The notes beneath the pieces were generated by a model. It was not told the origin of the DNA. It made no database searches and saw only the letters and a list, made by a program, of their open reading frames with translations. Made by a program: the position numbers and the translations under genes. From assembly GCA_033442325.1 (NCBI GenBank), contig JAWQFM010000028.1, positions 833,295 through 897,294 of the forward strand: DNA of 64,000 nucleotides, given 5' to 3'. This document shows, in pieces, positions 32,909 through 59,083 of this stretch. The stretch is from Salpingoeca rosetta (Eukaryota; Protista; Choanoflagellata). Within the stretch, counting starts at the first letter, position 1, and each line of letters begins with the position of its first letter.

Positions 32909-34183
32909 TCATTTGCTGTTGATGGGAACGTCGGCGCCAACGGCTGCGGATACAGAGGAGAAGCCATCGGCAGCGAGCAGTTGGGGCAGGTCACGTTTGA
33001 TGGCATGCACGACACCAGGGCCCTCAATCGCCATCGCCGTGTACAGCTGCACCAGGGACGCCCCGCTCCGGATCTTGGCATATGCGTCTGCAGCACACGA
33101 CACGCCACCGACGCCAATCAGGGGCACGCTGCCGCCCGTCTTCGCGTACACCTTGGCCAATACAGCCGTGCTGGCATCGCGCAGCGGCCGCCCGCTCAGC
33201 CCGCCGCCTTCCTCCCTGTGCTCCGATTGCAGCGAGGCTGGACGGGCGATGGTGGTGTTGGACACAATGATACCGTCAATGCCAATCTCTTTCACGACGG
33301 CGACAATGTCGTCAATGTCCTGGTCCGTGAGATCCGGCGCGATCTTGACCAGCAGCGGCGGCGGTGATGCGCCCGGCCGTGACGAGAAGTCGAGCGAGTC
33401 GCGTGTGCGCTTCACTTCGCCCAGCAGTCGAGACAGCGCAGCGCGGCCCTGCAGCGCCCGCAGGCCCGGTGTGTTGGGTGAGGACACGTTGACCACGACG
33501 TAGTCTGCGTAGGGCGCGAGCGCGCGCATGCCGGCGCAGTAGTCGAGGGCGGCGTTGTCCTGTGTTTTGTTCTTGCCCAGGTTCACGCCAACCACACCGC
33601 GGCGGGCGGGGTGGCTCCACGGCCACGCAAAGCCTGCTCCGGCTGTTGCTGCTGAGGATGGTGGCTGCGACGCGCCTGAGGTGCTGAACTGCACCCACCT
33701 CGCCCGCAGGCGCTGTTGGGCGGGCCCGATGCCGCAGCTGTTGAACCCGTACCGGTTGATCACTGCGCCGTCCTCCAGCAAGCGGAAGACGCGCGGGCGC
33801 GGGTTGCCCGGCTGAGGCAGCGGCGTGATGCTGCCGACCTCCACAAACCCAAATCCCATGTCCAGCAGCCCGTCGATGCCTTCTGCGTCCTTGTCAAAAC
33901 CTGCGGCAAGGCCCACCACGTTGTCAAAGTCCATGTTCCAGACGCGGGTCTTCAGGCTCGGGTGGTCCGGTTGCGTCTGCCGCGGTGTCAGCCGCCACGC
34001 TGCGGCCTTGACTGCCCACACGTGGGCGCGCTCGGGGTCCAGGTTGCGCAGTCCATACACGGACAGGAAATCGGCGACGCTGAACGCGGCGTCGTCGCCA
34101 AACATGCTCCGCTGAACAACAACAGCGTGCGCACACGCCGCTGCCACTGCTGCACCAGCCAACCGCCGCACAACCAAGCGCAT
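32909..34183 (-). CDS. DHODH: Dihydroorotate dehydrogenase, class 2 (quinone, mitochondrial type), intronless
   Basis: DPERAH, NVVGLAAGFDK, GFGFVEVGSITPLPQPGNPRPRVFRL, INRYGFNS, GVNLGKNK, VNVSSPNTPGLR, LVKIAPDL, SNTT, GGLSG and IGVGGV..GASLVQLYT. Targeting/TM-like N-terminus from ATG 34183. Confidence 0.96.
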   Translation of the reverse strand: MRLVVRRLAGAAVAAACAHAVVVQRSMFGDDAAFSVADFLSVYGLRNLDPERAHVWAVKAAAWRLTPRQTQPDHPSLKTRVWNMDFDNVVGLAAGFDKDAEGIDGLLDMGFGFVEVGSITPLPQPGNPRPRVFRLLEDGAVINRYGFNSCGIGPAQQRLRARWVQFSTSGASQPPSSAATAGAGFAWPWSHPARRGVVGVNLGKNKTQDNAALDYCAGMRALAPYADYVVVNVSSPNTPGLRALQGRAALSRLLGEVKRTRDSLDFSSRPGASPPPLLVKIAPDLTDQDIDDIVAVVKEIGIDGIIVSNTTIARPASLQSEHREEGGGLSGRPLRDASTAVLAKVYAKTGGSVPLIGVGGVSCAADAYAKIRSGASLVQLYTAMAIEGPGVVHAIKRDLPQLLAADGFSSVSAAVGADVPINSK

Positions 34184-34262
34184 CTTTGGCTTGCTCAAGT
34201 CGTGAAGATTTGTGAATGATTTCCCATACATTTCAGCACTCCGCCAACGACAACGAACAAAC

Positions 34263-37847
<3,585 letters not shown>

Positions 37848-37851
37848 ATGC

Positions 37852-37899
<48 letters not shown>

Positions 37900-38340
37900 G
37901 CTAACACAAGAGACCGTTCATTTTCCATTCCCACCTTCCCTTACTCTCGCCTGTTGCCTCACCGCGTTCCTGCTTGGTCTGACCGCGTGCGTTATCCCTT
38001 GCTCATGTGTGCCATCATGTGCTCACGTGCTATTCCGTTACACCATCGACACCTCCGCCTCCCAATAAGCGAAACCGCATTAAACACTCACTCTGCACAT
38101 GGTCACATGATACGTGTGTCCGCTTTCCGTTATTTAGTGAAGCTGATGGGAGTGGGATGGCCAGCTATGGACACACTAAGCCGCTGTGCGTGCAGTGGGG
38201 GTGGAGGATGGGCGGCAAACGCACTCACAATGAGGGCAAGTCGTAACAGAGGCGAGGGGAGGGAAGGCAAGCAAGGAGGTGGAAGTTGAAGCAACATGCA
38301 CAAGAGTACAGGGATGGATAAACAGCAATGCAACGACGCA

Positions 38341-39377
38341 TCAGCTGCCAGATGCCAATAGCGAGTCGACAAAGCGGACGTATTTCCTGCAGTGATGATT
38401 GATGAATGGAGGATAATGTAATGTTGAGCACAAGACACGTTGGTATAACAACAAACAGCAGCTGTACACATGCATGACGCCGGTGCGCGTGCACACACGC
38501 ACACGTACGAGCACACTCCCACACACGCACGCACACACACACACACACACTTACGCGGACGTGATGGGAGCGTCCTGTTTGAAGAAAGGGCTGCATGCCA
38601 TCCGTACATATTCGCTGTGCAGCTGTTGGAAAATCTGCTCACCACAGCAAGCGAACATGGAGTGAGACTGTGTGAGTGAGTGAGTGAGAGAGAGAGAGAT
38701 GGCGTGTCTATGTGGGGTGTTATGTGTTCTGCCTTTGTTCCTTTCTGCTCGAAGCAGGAGCAAGCGCGCTCACAAAGCAACACACTCACGCTTTGTACGT
38801 CTTGATCCGAGTGCGCCTGGCTCTGTGTGATGATGAAGAACTTGATCTTGGTGTTGACGAGGTATCCGTAGCATTTGCCGTCCTCCAGCGGATACAGTGC
38901 TCCCAAGTAGAACTTGAGAGCGTCGGGTGTCGACTTTTTCGCACTCAAGAGCGCTGCAAGGCAAGCGAGCAAAGGTTGTGGTGGATGGAAGAAAGAAACA
39001 GCAAACCCTGAATGAGCAATAAAACAAGGAGGAAGAGCATGCGATGCAGTCACAGTTCGCTGTCTCCCAACTGCAACGTGAACACATGCAAACACAAACA
39101 CATGCAAACACAAACACACACACACACACAAAAAAAAAAAAAAAGAGCAAGCACAAACACATGCAAGCACACACACAAATGAGCAAACACACACACACAC
39201 ACAAAAATGAGCAAGCACAAACACACACACACAGCTCCCCGCACCGTGGTCGTCCACGACATCCAGTGCAGCGTAGATGATGTGTTCGATGGGCTCGCAG
39301 GGTGGCTGTGCCTCTGATGTGCGCAGCAACAGCGGCTCATTCTGCCGCCCAACAATGGCAACACCCGAGATCTTCAT
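38341..39377 (-). CDS. TRAPPC2L: TRAPP complex subunit 2-like (sedlin family)
   Basis: MKISGVAIVGRQNEPLLLR..HIIYAALDVVD, YLGALYPLEDGKCYGYLVNTKIKFFI and IFQQLHSEYVRMACSPFF..PITS.KY..VDSL. Confidence 0.9.
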
Positions 39378-39598
39378 CGTGGGTCAACAACAACAGCCAA
39401 CAGACCACAGCAGACCACACACGAACAACCTGCCGCAACCGACCGCTGTCTCCGACAGGATAAATTGCCTAAACACACACGCATTCCTGTTGCGGTGTGT
39501 GCAACGACGACTACGAAGGACTTTTTTTGTGCGTGCTCTCCCAACACCCATGACCATCATCCCCAACAAACACCGCCAAACACCACACCAATAGCAAG

Positions 39599-40464
39599 AT
39601 GTCGTCGGCTGCGACGTTGACGTTTGATGCAGCCATCTCAAGAATAGGCACGGGATGGTTCCACTACAAGTTGGTGGCTCTATGCGGCTGGGCAAACGCC
39701 TCCGACGCCATCGAGATGCTCGGCGTGAGTTGACTTTGAGTGGCCTTGTGTGACGAGACATGCTGTCATCCATCACGCGGCGCTGCTGCTGCTCCCGCGC
39801 TCGTCCTGTTCAGCAGGTGTGCTGTGTTGCGTTGATACACGGCCTTGCTTCCTCACACAGCCTGTGGGTGCTCGCTTCTCAAATTGACAGATTTCCTTCA
39901 TCATCACAACCTTGGCCGAGTGCGACCTTGACCTGACAGAGGCTCGCAAGGTACCACCAGCAGCAACAACAACAGCAATATGGTCGTCTTTGCTTCTCTG
40001 CCTCCTTTGCTGTCGAACACTCGCGCACGCGAAGCATGTCGCTCATTCACACAAGCTTTCTCACACCCCATTCACCCATACGCAGGGCATGGTGACGGCT
40101 GGCCTGTTTATTGGCATGATGCTTGGGGGATGGCTGTGGGGCTCTTTGGCCGACAAGCTTGGCCGGTGCGTGGGCTGGTGTGGGCTTGAAAATGGAGAGA
40201 CCTTGTTACGCATGTACTTCTACTTCTATGTGTATGCTGTATGCCATGGAATGACACGCGCGTCTCTTGAAACGAACATTCGCTCATCCCGTACTTCACA
40301 TGTTGGCGCCTTGTGCGTGTCGCAGAAAATACACGCTGATCCTGGCGCTGCTGTTCAACTCGTTGTTCGGCTTCTCATCATCCCTGGCCACCAGCTACCA
40401 CTCCTTTCTCTTCTTCCGCATCATGAGCGGCCTCGGGTAATCCACAATGTGCAAGAAGCGTGGG

Positions 40465-40497
<33 letters not shown>

Positions 40498-41403
40498 GCT
40501 GGTATTGTTGTTGTTGTTGCTGGTATTGTTGTTGTTGTTGCTGGTATTGTTGTTGTTTGTTGCTGGTGGTGTGTTCTTTGCATTGCCCCCTGCTCCTCGT
40601 TCAGCATTGATGCTCCCAGCTGCTGCGACGGCAACCACAACATAACGACTGCCATCACCATCACCATCACCATCACCATCACCATCACCATCACCACCGC
40701 GACGACGACGACGATGCATCAGGGTTGGCGGGTCCATCCCAATTGTGTTCACATACACAACGGAGTTTCTGCCGACAAAGCAGCGCGGTCTGTATCTGAG
40801 CATCGTGGCTGCGTTTTGGATGGTGGGCACCATCTTGGTTGCCGGCATGGCCTGGGGCATCATCGGCGCGCACGTGCGTATTAGGAGATGAGCAGGGACA
40901 GGAGAGAGTGTGTGTGTGTCTGTGTGTCTCTGTGTCTCTGTGGCTGTGTGGCTGTGTGGCTGTGTGTGTGTGTGTGTGTGTGTGAACTCCTATGCTCCTG
41001 CCTGTCTTGTCTGCCTGTCACTCTACTTTATACCATGCTGCTCACTTCCCCCTCCCTCATCACCCCGTCGCTCACCCCGAGCACAGGAGTGCAGCCACGC
41101 CAACATGCCCAGCAGCATCCTCCTCCGCTGCGAAGAGTGGGACAACTCCGGCTGCGGCTACTTTGCCACCTCAACAGGCGGTACGGCGGCATGTCGATGT
41201 ACTTGTGTGTGTGTGTGTGTGTGTCTGTCTGTGTGTGTGTGTGTGGACGTGTGTGTGTGTGTGTGTGTGTCTGTGTCTGTGTGTGCCTGTCTGTCTGCTT
41301 GCGGTGTGGATGCTGGGATGATGATAAGAGTGGCATTCCCATTCTAAGACCCATAACCACGCACTCATACACACACACACTCACTCACTCACTCACTCAC
41401 TCA

Positions 41404-41443
<40 letters not shown>

Positions 41444-42257
41444 CACACACACCTCCACCAGGCCGGCTGCCTGCGTGGCGGCTGTTTGTCGGGCTGTGTT
41501 CGCTGCCGTCGCTGCTGGCTGCCGTCTCCATCGCCTTTCTCCCCGAGAGCCCGAAATGGCTCGCGACCGTCGGCCGTATCCGCCAGGCCGAACGCATTCT
41601 CGAACGCATCGCAAAGGTGGGGGGGGGGGGGTGGTGGTGTGTTGTGTTGTTTGCTTATTTGTCCGTTTGTTTGCACTGCGTGTGGTTGTGGTGTGGTGTG
41701 GTGTGCTGTGTTGTTTGCTTATTTGTCCGTTTGTTTGCACTGGTGGTGGTGGTGGTGGTGTGCTGGGTTGTTTGCTTATTCGTCCGTTTGTTTGCGCTGC
41801 GTTGTGCTTGCATGTTTAGTATTGTATTGTCCTCCTGTTGCACCTGTCTCCTCGCCACATCTCTCCATGTTCTCGCTCATCACCCCCCTTTATGTCTGTC
41901 ATCGCCATAAGGCCAACTCGTCCTCTCGCCGCGGGTATTCCGCTGTGCACGATGACGATGCAAAGTTCAGTCTCTCGAGCACCGACACACACGAGGCAAC
42001 ACCACCACAACACCACCAACCGCAACCATCATCATCATCACCATCACCATCGTCATCATCATCGCCAGCGTCGCCGCTCGCCCTGAGCATATCCGAGGAG
42101 CGCACACAGCGCCACACCATGCCATGGCCAATGCGCATCCTGTCGTGAGTCGATGGAGAGAGAGTGTGTGTGTGTTTGTGTGTACGTGCGTGTGTGCGTG
42201 CGTGTGTGTGCGTGTGTGTGTGTGTGCGTGTGTCTGCTTGCCTGCCTGCCTGTCTGT

Positions 42258-42307
<50 letters not shown>

Positions 42308-42735
42308 TCTCTCCCACTTACTTTTACCTCGAATTTCCCTCACCGAAACCAATACCACCGCCAATCAAACCACCCCCCCCCCCCTCCTCCTTCAGGTCTG
42401 TGCGGAATGTGTTTGAGAGCACGGCGCGGCTGTTCCGTGGCCCATCGCTGCGACCAACGCTCGTGCTGGGTGGCATCTGGTTCTTCCTGTCCATGGGGTT
42501 TTACGGCCTCACCCTCTGGCTGCCAAACTACTTCCAGCACGGCGCAATCGACGCGTCAACCTCCGTCTACAAGGTGCAGTGATGACGATGGTATGATGGT
42601 GGTGGTGATGGTGGTGATGTTGGCATGCGTTGGTTATCTTTGGCAGCGCGTGCTAACAATGAACCTGAGACTGATTGCTCTCCATCTTCAACTCTCCTCC
42701 CTCCACAACTCACACCCTCTCCCTTCACACACACA

Positions 42736-42778
<43 letters not shown>

Positions 42779-43449
42779 ACACATGCACACACACACACAC
42801 ACATACACACACACACACACATACACACACACACACACAATCGCAGGTGTCCTTCTGGGTTGCGCTTGCCAACATTCCCGGCAATGCGTTTGCGTTCTGG
42901 GGCGTGGACTGGCTCGGGCGCCGCAAGACGCTGCTCATATCCATGCTCGCGTCCGCAGCCAGCGTCTTCTCCATCCTCAAGATCCACTCGACCGCAGGTA
43001 CGCACGAGGGAGAGGGTGTGTGTCTCTGTGTGTGTCTGTGTGTCTGTGTGTGTGTGTGTGTGTGTGTCTGTGTGTGTGCATGTTTGTCCGTCTTCCCGTC
43101 ATCCCTCGCGTGCTATTGACGTCAGCATCACCACCTCATGTACGCTCCCCTCCCCACCTCCACTGCAGGCACGACTGCCTTCTCGTGTGTGTTCTCTGGC
43201 GTGTCCGTGGCCGGGTGGAACGCCCTCAACATCCTCTCTGCCGAGCTGTACACAACACGCCAGCGCGGCGCCGCCTTTGGTCTTCTCGCAGCGACCGGAC
43301 GCATCGGCGCCATTGTCGGCAATATGGCCTTTGGTGCCATGAGCGCAAGCTCCCCTACGCTGCCTCTCATGCTCACGGGCGCGGCGCTTGCGTTTGGCGC
43401 GTGCATGTCCCTGCTTGTTCCAGAGACGCGCAACATCAGCATCGAGTGA
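39599..43449 (+). CDS. MFS transporter of the SV2/SVOP family
   Basis: IGTGWFHYKLVALCGWANASDAIEM, GMMLGGWLWGSLADKLGRK, GVGGSIPIVFTYTTEFLP.KQRG.YLS..FWMVG, WRLFV..LPESPKWL, FYGLTLWLP, DWLGRR, GWNALNILSAELY and LLVPETR. Confidence 0.9.
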
Positions 43450-43618
43450 TGACTGTGCTGCACCTTGCTGCTTGACTTTCCGTTTGCTTGCTTTTTGTTG
43501 CTGGTGTTGGTGTTGTTATTCTGTGTGTATCTGGCTCATGTGCTCGTTTACTGGCAGAACCCCTTGTACTTTTGTTATTTCCATACAATAGGATCGGTTT
43601 TGTGTGCTTATGTGTGCT

Positions 43619-43693
<75 letters not shown>

Positions 43694-43793
43694 NNNNNNN
43701 NNNNNNNNNNNNNNNNNNNNNNNNNNNNNNNNNNNNNNNNNNNNNNNNNNNNNNNNNNNNNNNNNNNNNNNNNNNNNNNNNNNNNNNNNNNNN

Positions 43794-43850
<57 letters not shown>

Positions 43851-44052
43851 GTGTGTGTGCGTGTGTGTGTATGTCTGTCTGTCTGTCTGTTTGTCAGGTT
43901 GCCTGCCCACCTGTTTTGGTGTTTCCCTTTTCTCGCATCCCTTTTCCGCTTGCTTCCTTCCTCGCTCGCTAGGTCGTGCTGCTTCTGCTTCCTTACCTGT
44001 TTCTGACGAATGTAACTGCTGTCTGTGCTGATGACAACAAGGAGGGAGGCGC

Positions 44053-44087
<35 letters not shown>

Positions 44088-44089
44088 CA

Positions 44090-44159
<70 letters not shown>

Positions 44160-44192
44160 GTTGGGAGAATTGTAGTAAGATTTGAAGCAATT

Positions 44193-44206
44193 TTCCGCTT
44201 GGAAAC
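44193..44206. promoter_or_regulatory. Possible RFX X-box upstream of CFAP70
   Basis: TTCCGCTTGGAAAC (reverse complement GTTTCCAAGCGGAA), about 67 bp upstream of the ATG of a ciliary gene. Confidence 0.35.
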
Positions 44207-44272
44207 AACGACGCGAACACAGCAGCCAGCAGCACAACCGAAACACAAGACAAGCAAGCGAGCAAGGAGACG

Positions 44273-51423
<7,151 letters not shown>

Positions 51424-51797
51424 ACCCACACAACCATTATGCCTGTTGCGTCTGCCCAACTGTTGTTCTGTTGTTCTGTTGCTGTTGCTGTTGTACATAC
51501 GATTGCACCACCACCACCACCACCACCACCATCACGCCCCCGCCGCTGTGTCAGCTGCCACCTGCTGCAAGCAATGGATAAATGGCCACAACCTCCTCAT
51601 CCGTTCGCGCCCCCTGCAATTCGAATGGGCATTTATTGCTGACAATCCTTCGTGCGCATGACATATGTACAAGCGGCGCACAGACGTAGTAACAACCTGA
51701 AGACTGCACCTTCACCACGTTCACCATCATTACCACCACAATTATCATCAACATCATTACCACCAACCAACCGACCAGCCAACCACCACGCGTGCTG

Positions 51798-52251
51798 CTA
51801 TGCGTTTGAGAACGCCTTCTTGCTTGGCGGCTGGCGAGCGAGTGCAGCCTTGATCCATTCCTTCTTCTCAATGTCGCCAAACCCCCTCTGCACGAGGTAT
51901 GCCTTGACGCGCGGCGTGTACGACGGCAGCGCCTGCAGTGACTCCACCTCAAACGCCGCATCGTCGGACTTGGCCTGCTCCTGCGCCCGCTTGCTCTGGT
52001 GGTGGTGGTGGTGGTGGTGGTGGTGGTGGTGGTGGTGGGAAGAGAAGGGTGAGGTATGGTGTGTGCGTGCGTGTGCGCGCGCATGTCTGTGTGTCTGTGA
52101 ACGTGTCCACATGTGTGTGTCAACGTGTTCACGTACCCGCTTCGACTGGCGGTCCTCTGGCCGTCCACGGCGGCGTCGTCTGCTCTCCCGATCCTGAACA
52201 TCAGGTGGTGTCAGTGGTGAGACAACACGCAGTGCGTTTCTTCACTTACAC

Positions 52252-52297
<46 letters not shown>

Positions 52298-53983
52298 AGG
52301 CACACACGTAGGCACACACGTAGGCACACACGTATACACATGCGCAGGCACACACCACACAAGCAGAACAACAACGCTACGCTTCCCCCCCCCCAAGCCC
52401 TATCACTTGCACACCTCGTCTGTCTGCTTCTTGTGCAGCTCCCGCCTGGACATGGTGTACAGGGCAGGGCCCCACTCGTCAGCGTCGGCGACACGGAACA
52501 CCTCCTCCGCATCGGCGACGGGCGGTGCGAGCTCGGGCACCTGTGACTGCAGCAGCGCCTGCTTTGCCTGCAGCACTTTCTCGCGAATGGCCACGGCGAT
52601 GCTGTTGGTATACGTAGGGCCAAGACCCAGGTCGCGTGTCAGCGTCTCGGCAAAGTGCTCGGGGGAGTTGAGCGGGTTTGAGATGTCCCACTCAAACTGG
52701 TCCACAAGCTGCGTCGTGCCAACTTGCACCTGCACAGCCGATGATCGAACATGACGAACCAGCCAGCAAAGGCAGCGAGGGGAGGTGGGAGTTCCGTGTT
52801 GGGATAGCGTGAGAAAGAGCACGCAGGAGGACGTTGTGGAAGACAACCGGCTGACCGCTGCGCAGGTAAAAGGGCAAGGATGCATGGTGTGGACGGGGGC
52901 ATTGCATTTACCTCCAGTTTAATGATGATGTTGTCGGTCTCTGGCGTGTACTCCTTGAGAGCATGGTGAGCGTCAATCTGCGACTGTATTGCCGCCGCCA
53001 CCTGATGTGTAAACAGCGTGGGCACCTCCAGATCCTGGCACAGCTGCTGGGCAAACTTGTACACCTATGTGTGTGTGTATGTGTGTGTGTGTGTGCGAGG
53101 GACCGCTGTGGGCATCATCGTAACTGTCTGTGGAGCAGGCACAAACGCAACAAACGCCTTTCAAATCCCCACAGCAATCCCTCACACACACACACTCACG
53201 CACACACACACGCATGCACACAGAGCATAAACGCACGCTGATGGATTTGTCCTGGGTGTTCCACAGGAACTGATCTCTGAGCTTGTGGCCATTCAGGTCG
53301 AGGTTGAGGGTGATGGAGGCAAGGTGCTCGGGTTCCTCGTCGGAGGTGCTCGCAAGTCCACACGGAGACCTGCCAGTAAGGTAAGGCAAGCATCGCCTCA
53401 GCGTGTGAGCGCTGCAATGGATAATGGCGCCAAATTGCCAGTCGCATGCAAGCGATGCTGCACACGCGCCAACGCACATGACAAACCATCACAAACGCAA
53501 GTGAAGAAGGAAATTACACACACATACACACAAACACACGCACACACCACACACACACATGCAAACTTACGCGTAGTAGGGCGCAAAGAGGTTGCGTGGA
53601 CGGGCAGGCTTGAGTGGTTGCGTTGGCTGCTTCGGGATGGGAGGTGCGTGCGAGCTGCGGGTGAGAAGCACTTTCTCGTCTTTGAAGGTGGATGGCTTCT
53701 TGGCCACGGCTGGCAGCGGCTGCAAGTGCAGGCGCCGGTCGTCCTTCTCGAGGATGCACTCCACCTCCTCTGCCAGGAGCAGGGTCACGATGGGCGCGTG
53801 CGAGATGTTCCAGCGCTTGAGAGTCCCCCGCTCCGCAGTAGTAGCCTGTCGTCGGTACAAGGACGGGTACAGCTCAAACAGCTGCTCTGGGGACTGGTGG
53901 AAATACCGCGCCACTTCCACGGCCACCATGTACCGCGGCCCACCCTCGCACAGCTGGAACGAGCGTGGAGCATCGTCATCCAT
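51798..53983 (-). CDS. SMARCB1: SWI/SNF subunit SNF5/SMARCB1-like
   Basis: N-terminal winged-helix-like region (FQL..GPRYMV..EV..LYPSLYRR.AT..ER), Rpt1 (ITLNLDLNGHKLRDQFLWN..FAQQLCQDL) and Rpt2 (IIKLEVQVG..LVDQFEWDI..NSPEHFA..DLGL), plus EWGPAL. Confidence 0.9.
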
Positions 53984-54253
53984 GTTGCAAAGGCGTGCGT
54001 GAAAGGCGTCTCCAGTGCGGTGACGGCGCTCGCAGTGAGATGGAGATCAGGTGCGGGAGTGCCAAATGCGCTGTTGTTGTCCTTCATTGTCGTTGTTGTT
54101 GTTGCTTTTGCTTCCCGCCAAACCAGCAGCTGGGACGATTGGTGGGTATCTTTCGCGGTATTTCTTGTGCAAATTTTCCTGACACGTCTACACAGCAGCC
54201 AGAGACGAGAGCAACCAGCACCAACCAACCAACGACCACCAACCGCTGCAGCC

Positions 54254-54379
54254 ATGGTATGTATGCATGGTCTGTGTGGTGTATGGATGTGTGTGGATGT
54301 CTGTGTGGTGTATGGATGTCTGTGTGGATGGATGTGTGGATGTGTGGTGTATGGATGTGTGTGTGGATGTGTGTGTCTA

Positions 54380-54412
<33 letters not shown>

Positions 54413-55228
54413 GCCTGTACCTGTATGAAGTGTTATATCATCGCCTCTCACACCAACCTCCACCGCTCCCCTCACGTTTGCGACTGCAGCCCGTCAAGCC
54501 CTCAAGCGCCACGGATGTCAACCGCGGTGGTAGCGGCCCGACCCGCCGCGTGAACGCCGCAGCAGCCAGCCGAGCGTTAGTCTGGACCGCCATGTGTTCT
54601 TATTGCTGGTGCTGGTGCTACTGATGCTATTGCAGCTTAACGTTGCCTTTGTAACACGCCCTCCCCTTGTCGATTCCGACTCACACACCCCCTCCCCTTT
54701 CTCTCACTCGCTCGCTTTTTTCTTCCATCGCAATCCATAGCCGCGGCAAGGCCCCGAAGACTGAGGCCGTGCGCGCTCCCAGGCAAAATGCCGATGCCGC
54801 ACTCATCTACAAAGAGGGCGCCACAGGCGCACAAGTGTAAGTCACGAGAAAAGCGATGTGTCTGTGTGTGTGTGCATCTGTGTCTGTGCATCTGTTTCTG
54901 TGTCTGTGTGTGTGTGTGCGTGTGTGCGTGCATCTGTGTCTGTGTGTGCGTGGGTGCGTGTGTATGGGTGCATTCACGTGTGTGTCGTTCTGTTTCCATC
55001 TCCATCTGTACGCGTTCTCTGCACGATTTGCCTCCATTGCTATTTCTCCTTCTCCTTGTTTCCCTGTACATTCCTTCAACTAACAAATGCTCACACCTTC
55101 CCCTTCTGACCCATTCCCTTGGCGCTTCGTTGTGCTTGCGCAGTGATCCCTACACGGTGCTCATCTTCAGCGTTGCCTTCATCGCATCCGTCTTCCTCCT
55201 TCACATCTGGGCCAAGTTCTCCTCCTAA
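54254..55228 (+). CDS. SEC61B: Sec61 translocon beta subunit, 4 exons; the first exon carries only the ATG
   Basis: ATG|gtatgt at 54254, then exons at about 54490-54575, 54741-54836 and 55144-55228. C-terminal anchor VDPYTVLIFSVAFIASVFLLHIWAKF. Confidence 0.9.
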
Positions 55229-56157
55229 ATCACTGGCCCATCCACACCCACACCCTCTTCCTTCTTCCTTCTTCCCTCTTCCTTTGGCTCCTCCATCGAC
55301 ACCAACACACGTCTCCGTTGCCTCCACTTGAGACATGCCCGTGTCATGTCACTGCGATCTTCTGCGTGTGCCTGTGACGGGCTGCATCATGATCATCCGC
55401 GGCGGCGTGGGCGGTCATTTCGCTGTTCAAGACGCGCTGGAGACCCCTCAATCCAACCGCCTCCTCATACTCCTCCATCAGCTCTTCCACGATCCCTCCT
55501 TGTAAATCTGCCTGCCCCTACCTTGCATCTTCATGTTTTTTGTTGTTGTCCAGCATGTGTTCCGTGGTTGTGTTTCGCTGTTGTGCCTGCAAGCAAGCGT
55601 CTCGTTTTGTGCAGTGCAGTGCTATTCGTTCTTAGGCGCCAGTGTATTGTGGCTGTAATTGCTGGTCGTTGTTGTCGCCCTTTGTTGTTGTGTGTTTCAA
55701 GTGCGTCAGACTGGCTGGCTGCCGTTTTGCTTTTGTCTTCTTCTCCCCCCCCCCCTCTGCTCGCGTGCCCTTGAGCTGCCTGTCTGCCTGTGCACGCGTG
55801 ATGCCTGTGTTGTTTGTTGCTGTTGTTTTGTTCGCCGCTGCCGGCGAGACGCGTTATCTTGACACGAAACAATGCACACCGCCATTGGGTCGCTGTCAGC
55901 GGCTTTGCGTATGCGTGGGTGTGCGTGTGGGTGTTGGATTTGTTTGCAATAGGTGTTGTATCGGTTGTGTATTGGAGAGAATGGTGGTGGGGAGACAAGT
56001 GAACAAGCACAGAGTGAGGGAACAAACACGCTTCGTAAGGGTTGCTTGGACCAACAACAGGAACAGGTGACATGGATATGGGACGACAATGCAATCACAC
56101 GCTGGCAGCGGAAAGTGCTGCTGCTGTGACGTGTCTTGTGCGTCCACGTGTGTGTGC

Positions 56158-58426
<2,269 letters not shown>

Positions 58427-59083
58427 CTCTTCGTTGGTCTTCTTCACTTTCTTCTTCTTTGTTGTTGTTGGTGTTAATGGAAAATTGGTGGAAGCTGTTC
58501 TCTAGTTTTCGTTGGCCTGGAGCTTGGTAGAGGAGGGGCGCAAAAGACCAAACACAACACCAAAAGCCACACACGCAACCCACAAACACTCAGCACCCAC
58601 CACCCACTTGGCTTGCTTGGTCTTCTTGTTTGGTGGGCACTCGTTTGTTTGCCTCGCCAACAAGCAAGTGTTTCTCGTTCCTCCCTCCCCACACCCAACA
58701 CACAGCTGCCCTTGCTTGGCTCTTTCACTCTCTCGCTCGCTTTTGAAGGCTGTGCCTTGCTCCCCCTGTGCATCAGCCACACACGCACCGTCTCTTTCTT
58801 CCGTTCGTGCCCCATTTTGGCGTGGCGGTGCTGTACGGGCGTCTTTGTTTGGTTTTGCATTGGTGTGTGTTGTGGTTCACATCATCACGTCATCACCATC
58901 ATCGGCTGCTGCTGTGCCGTGCCACCTTGTTCAAGAGACCAACACCACGCGCGCCAGTGATCGCTGCCACCACCAACACCAACAGCAATAGCAGCCTGCA
59001 GAGCACCCATACGCGACCCCCCCCCCCCCCCACACACACACACGCACACGCATACACATTCACACACACACATAGCCGTCATC

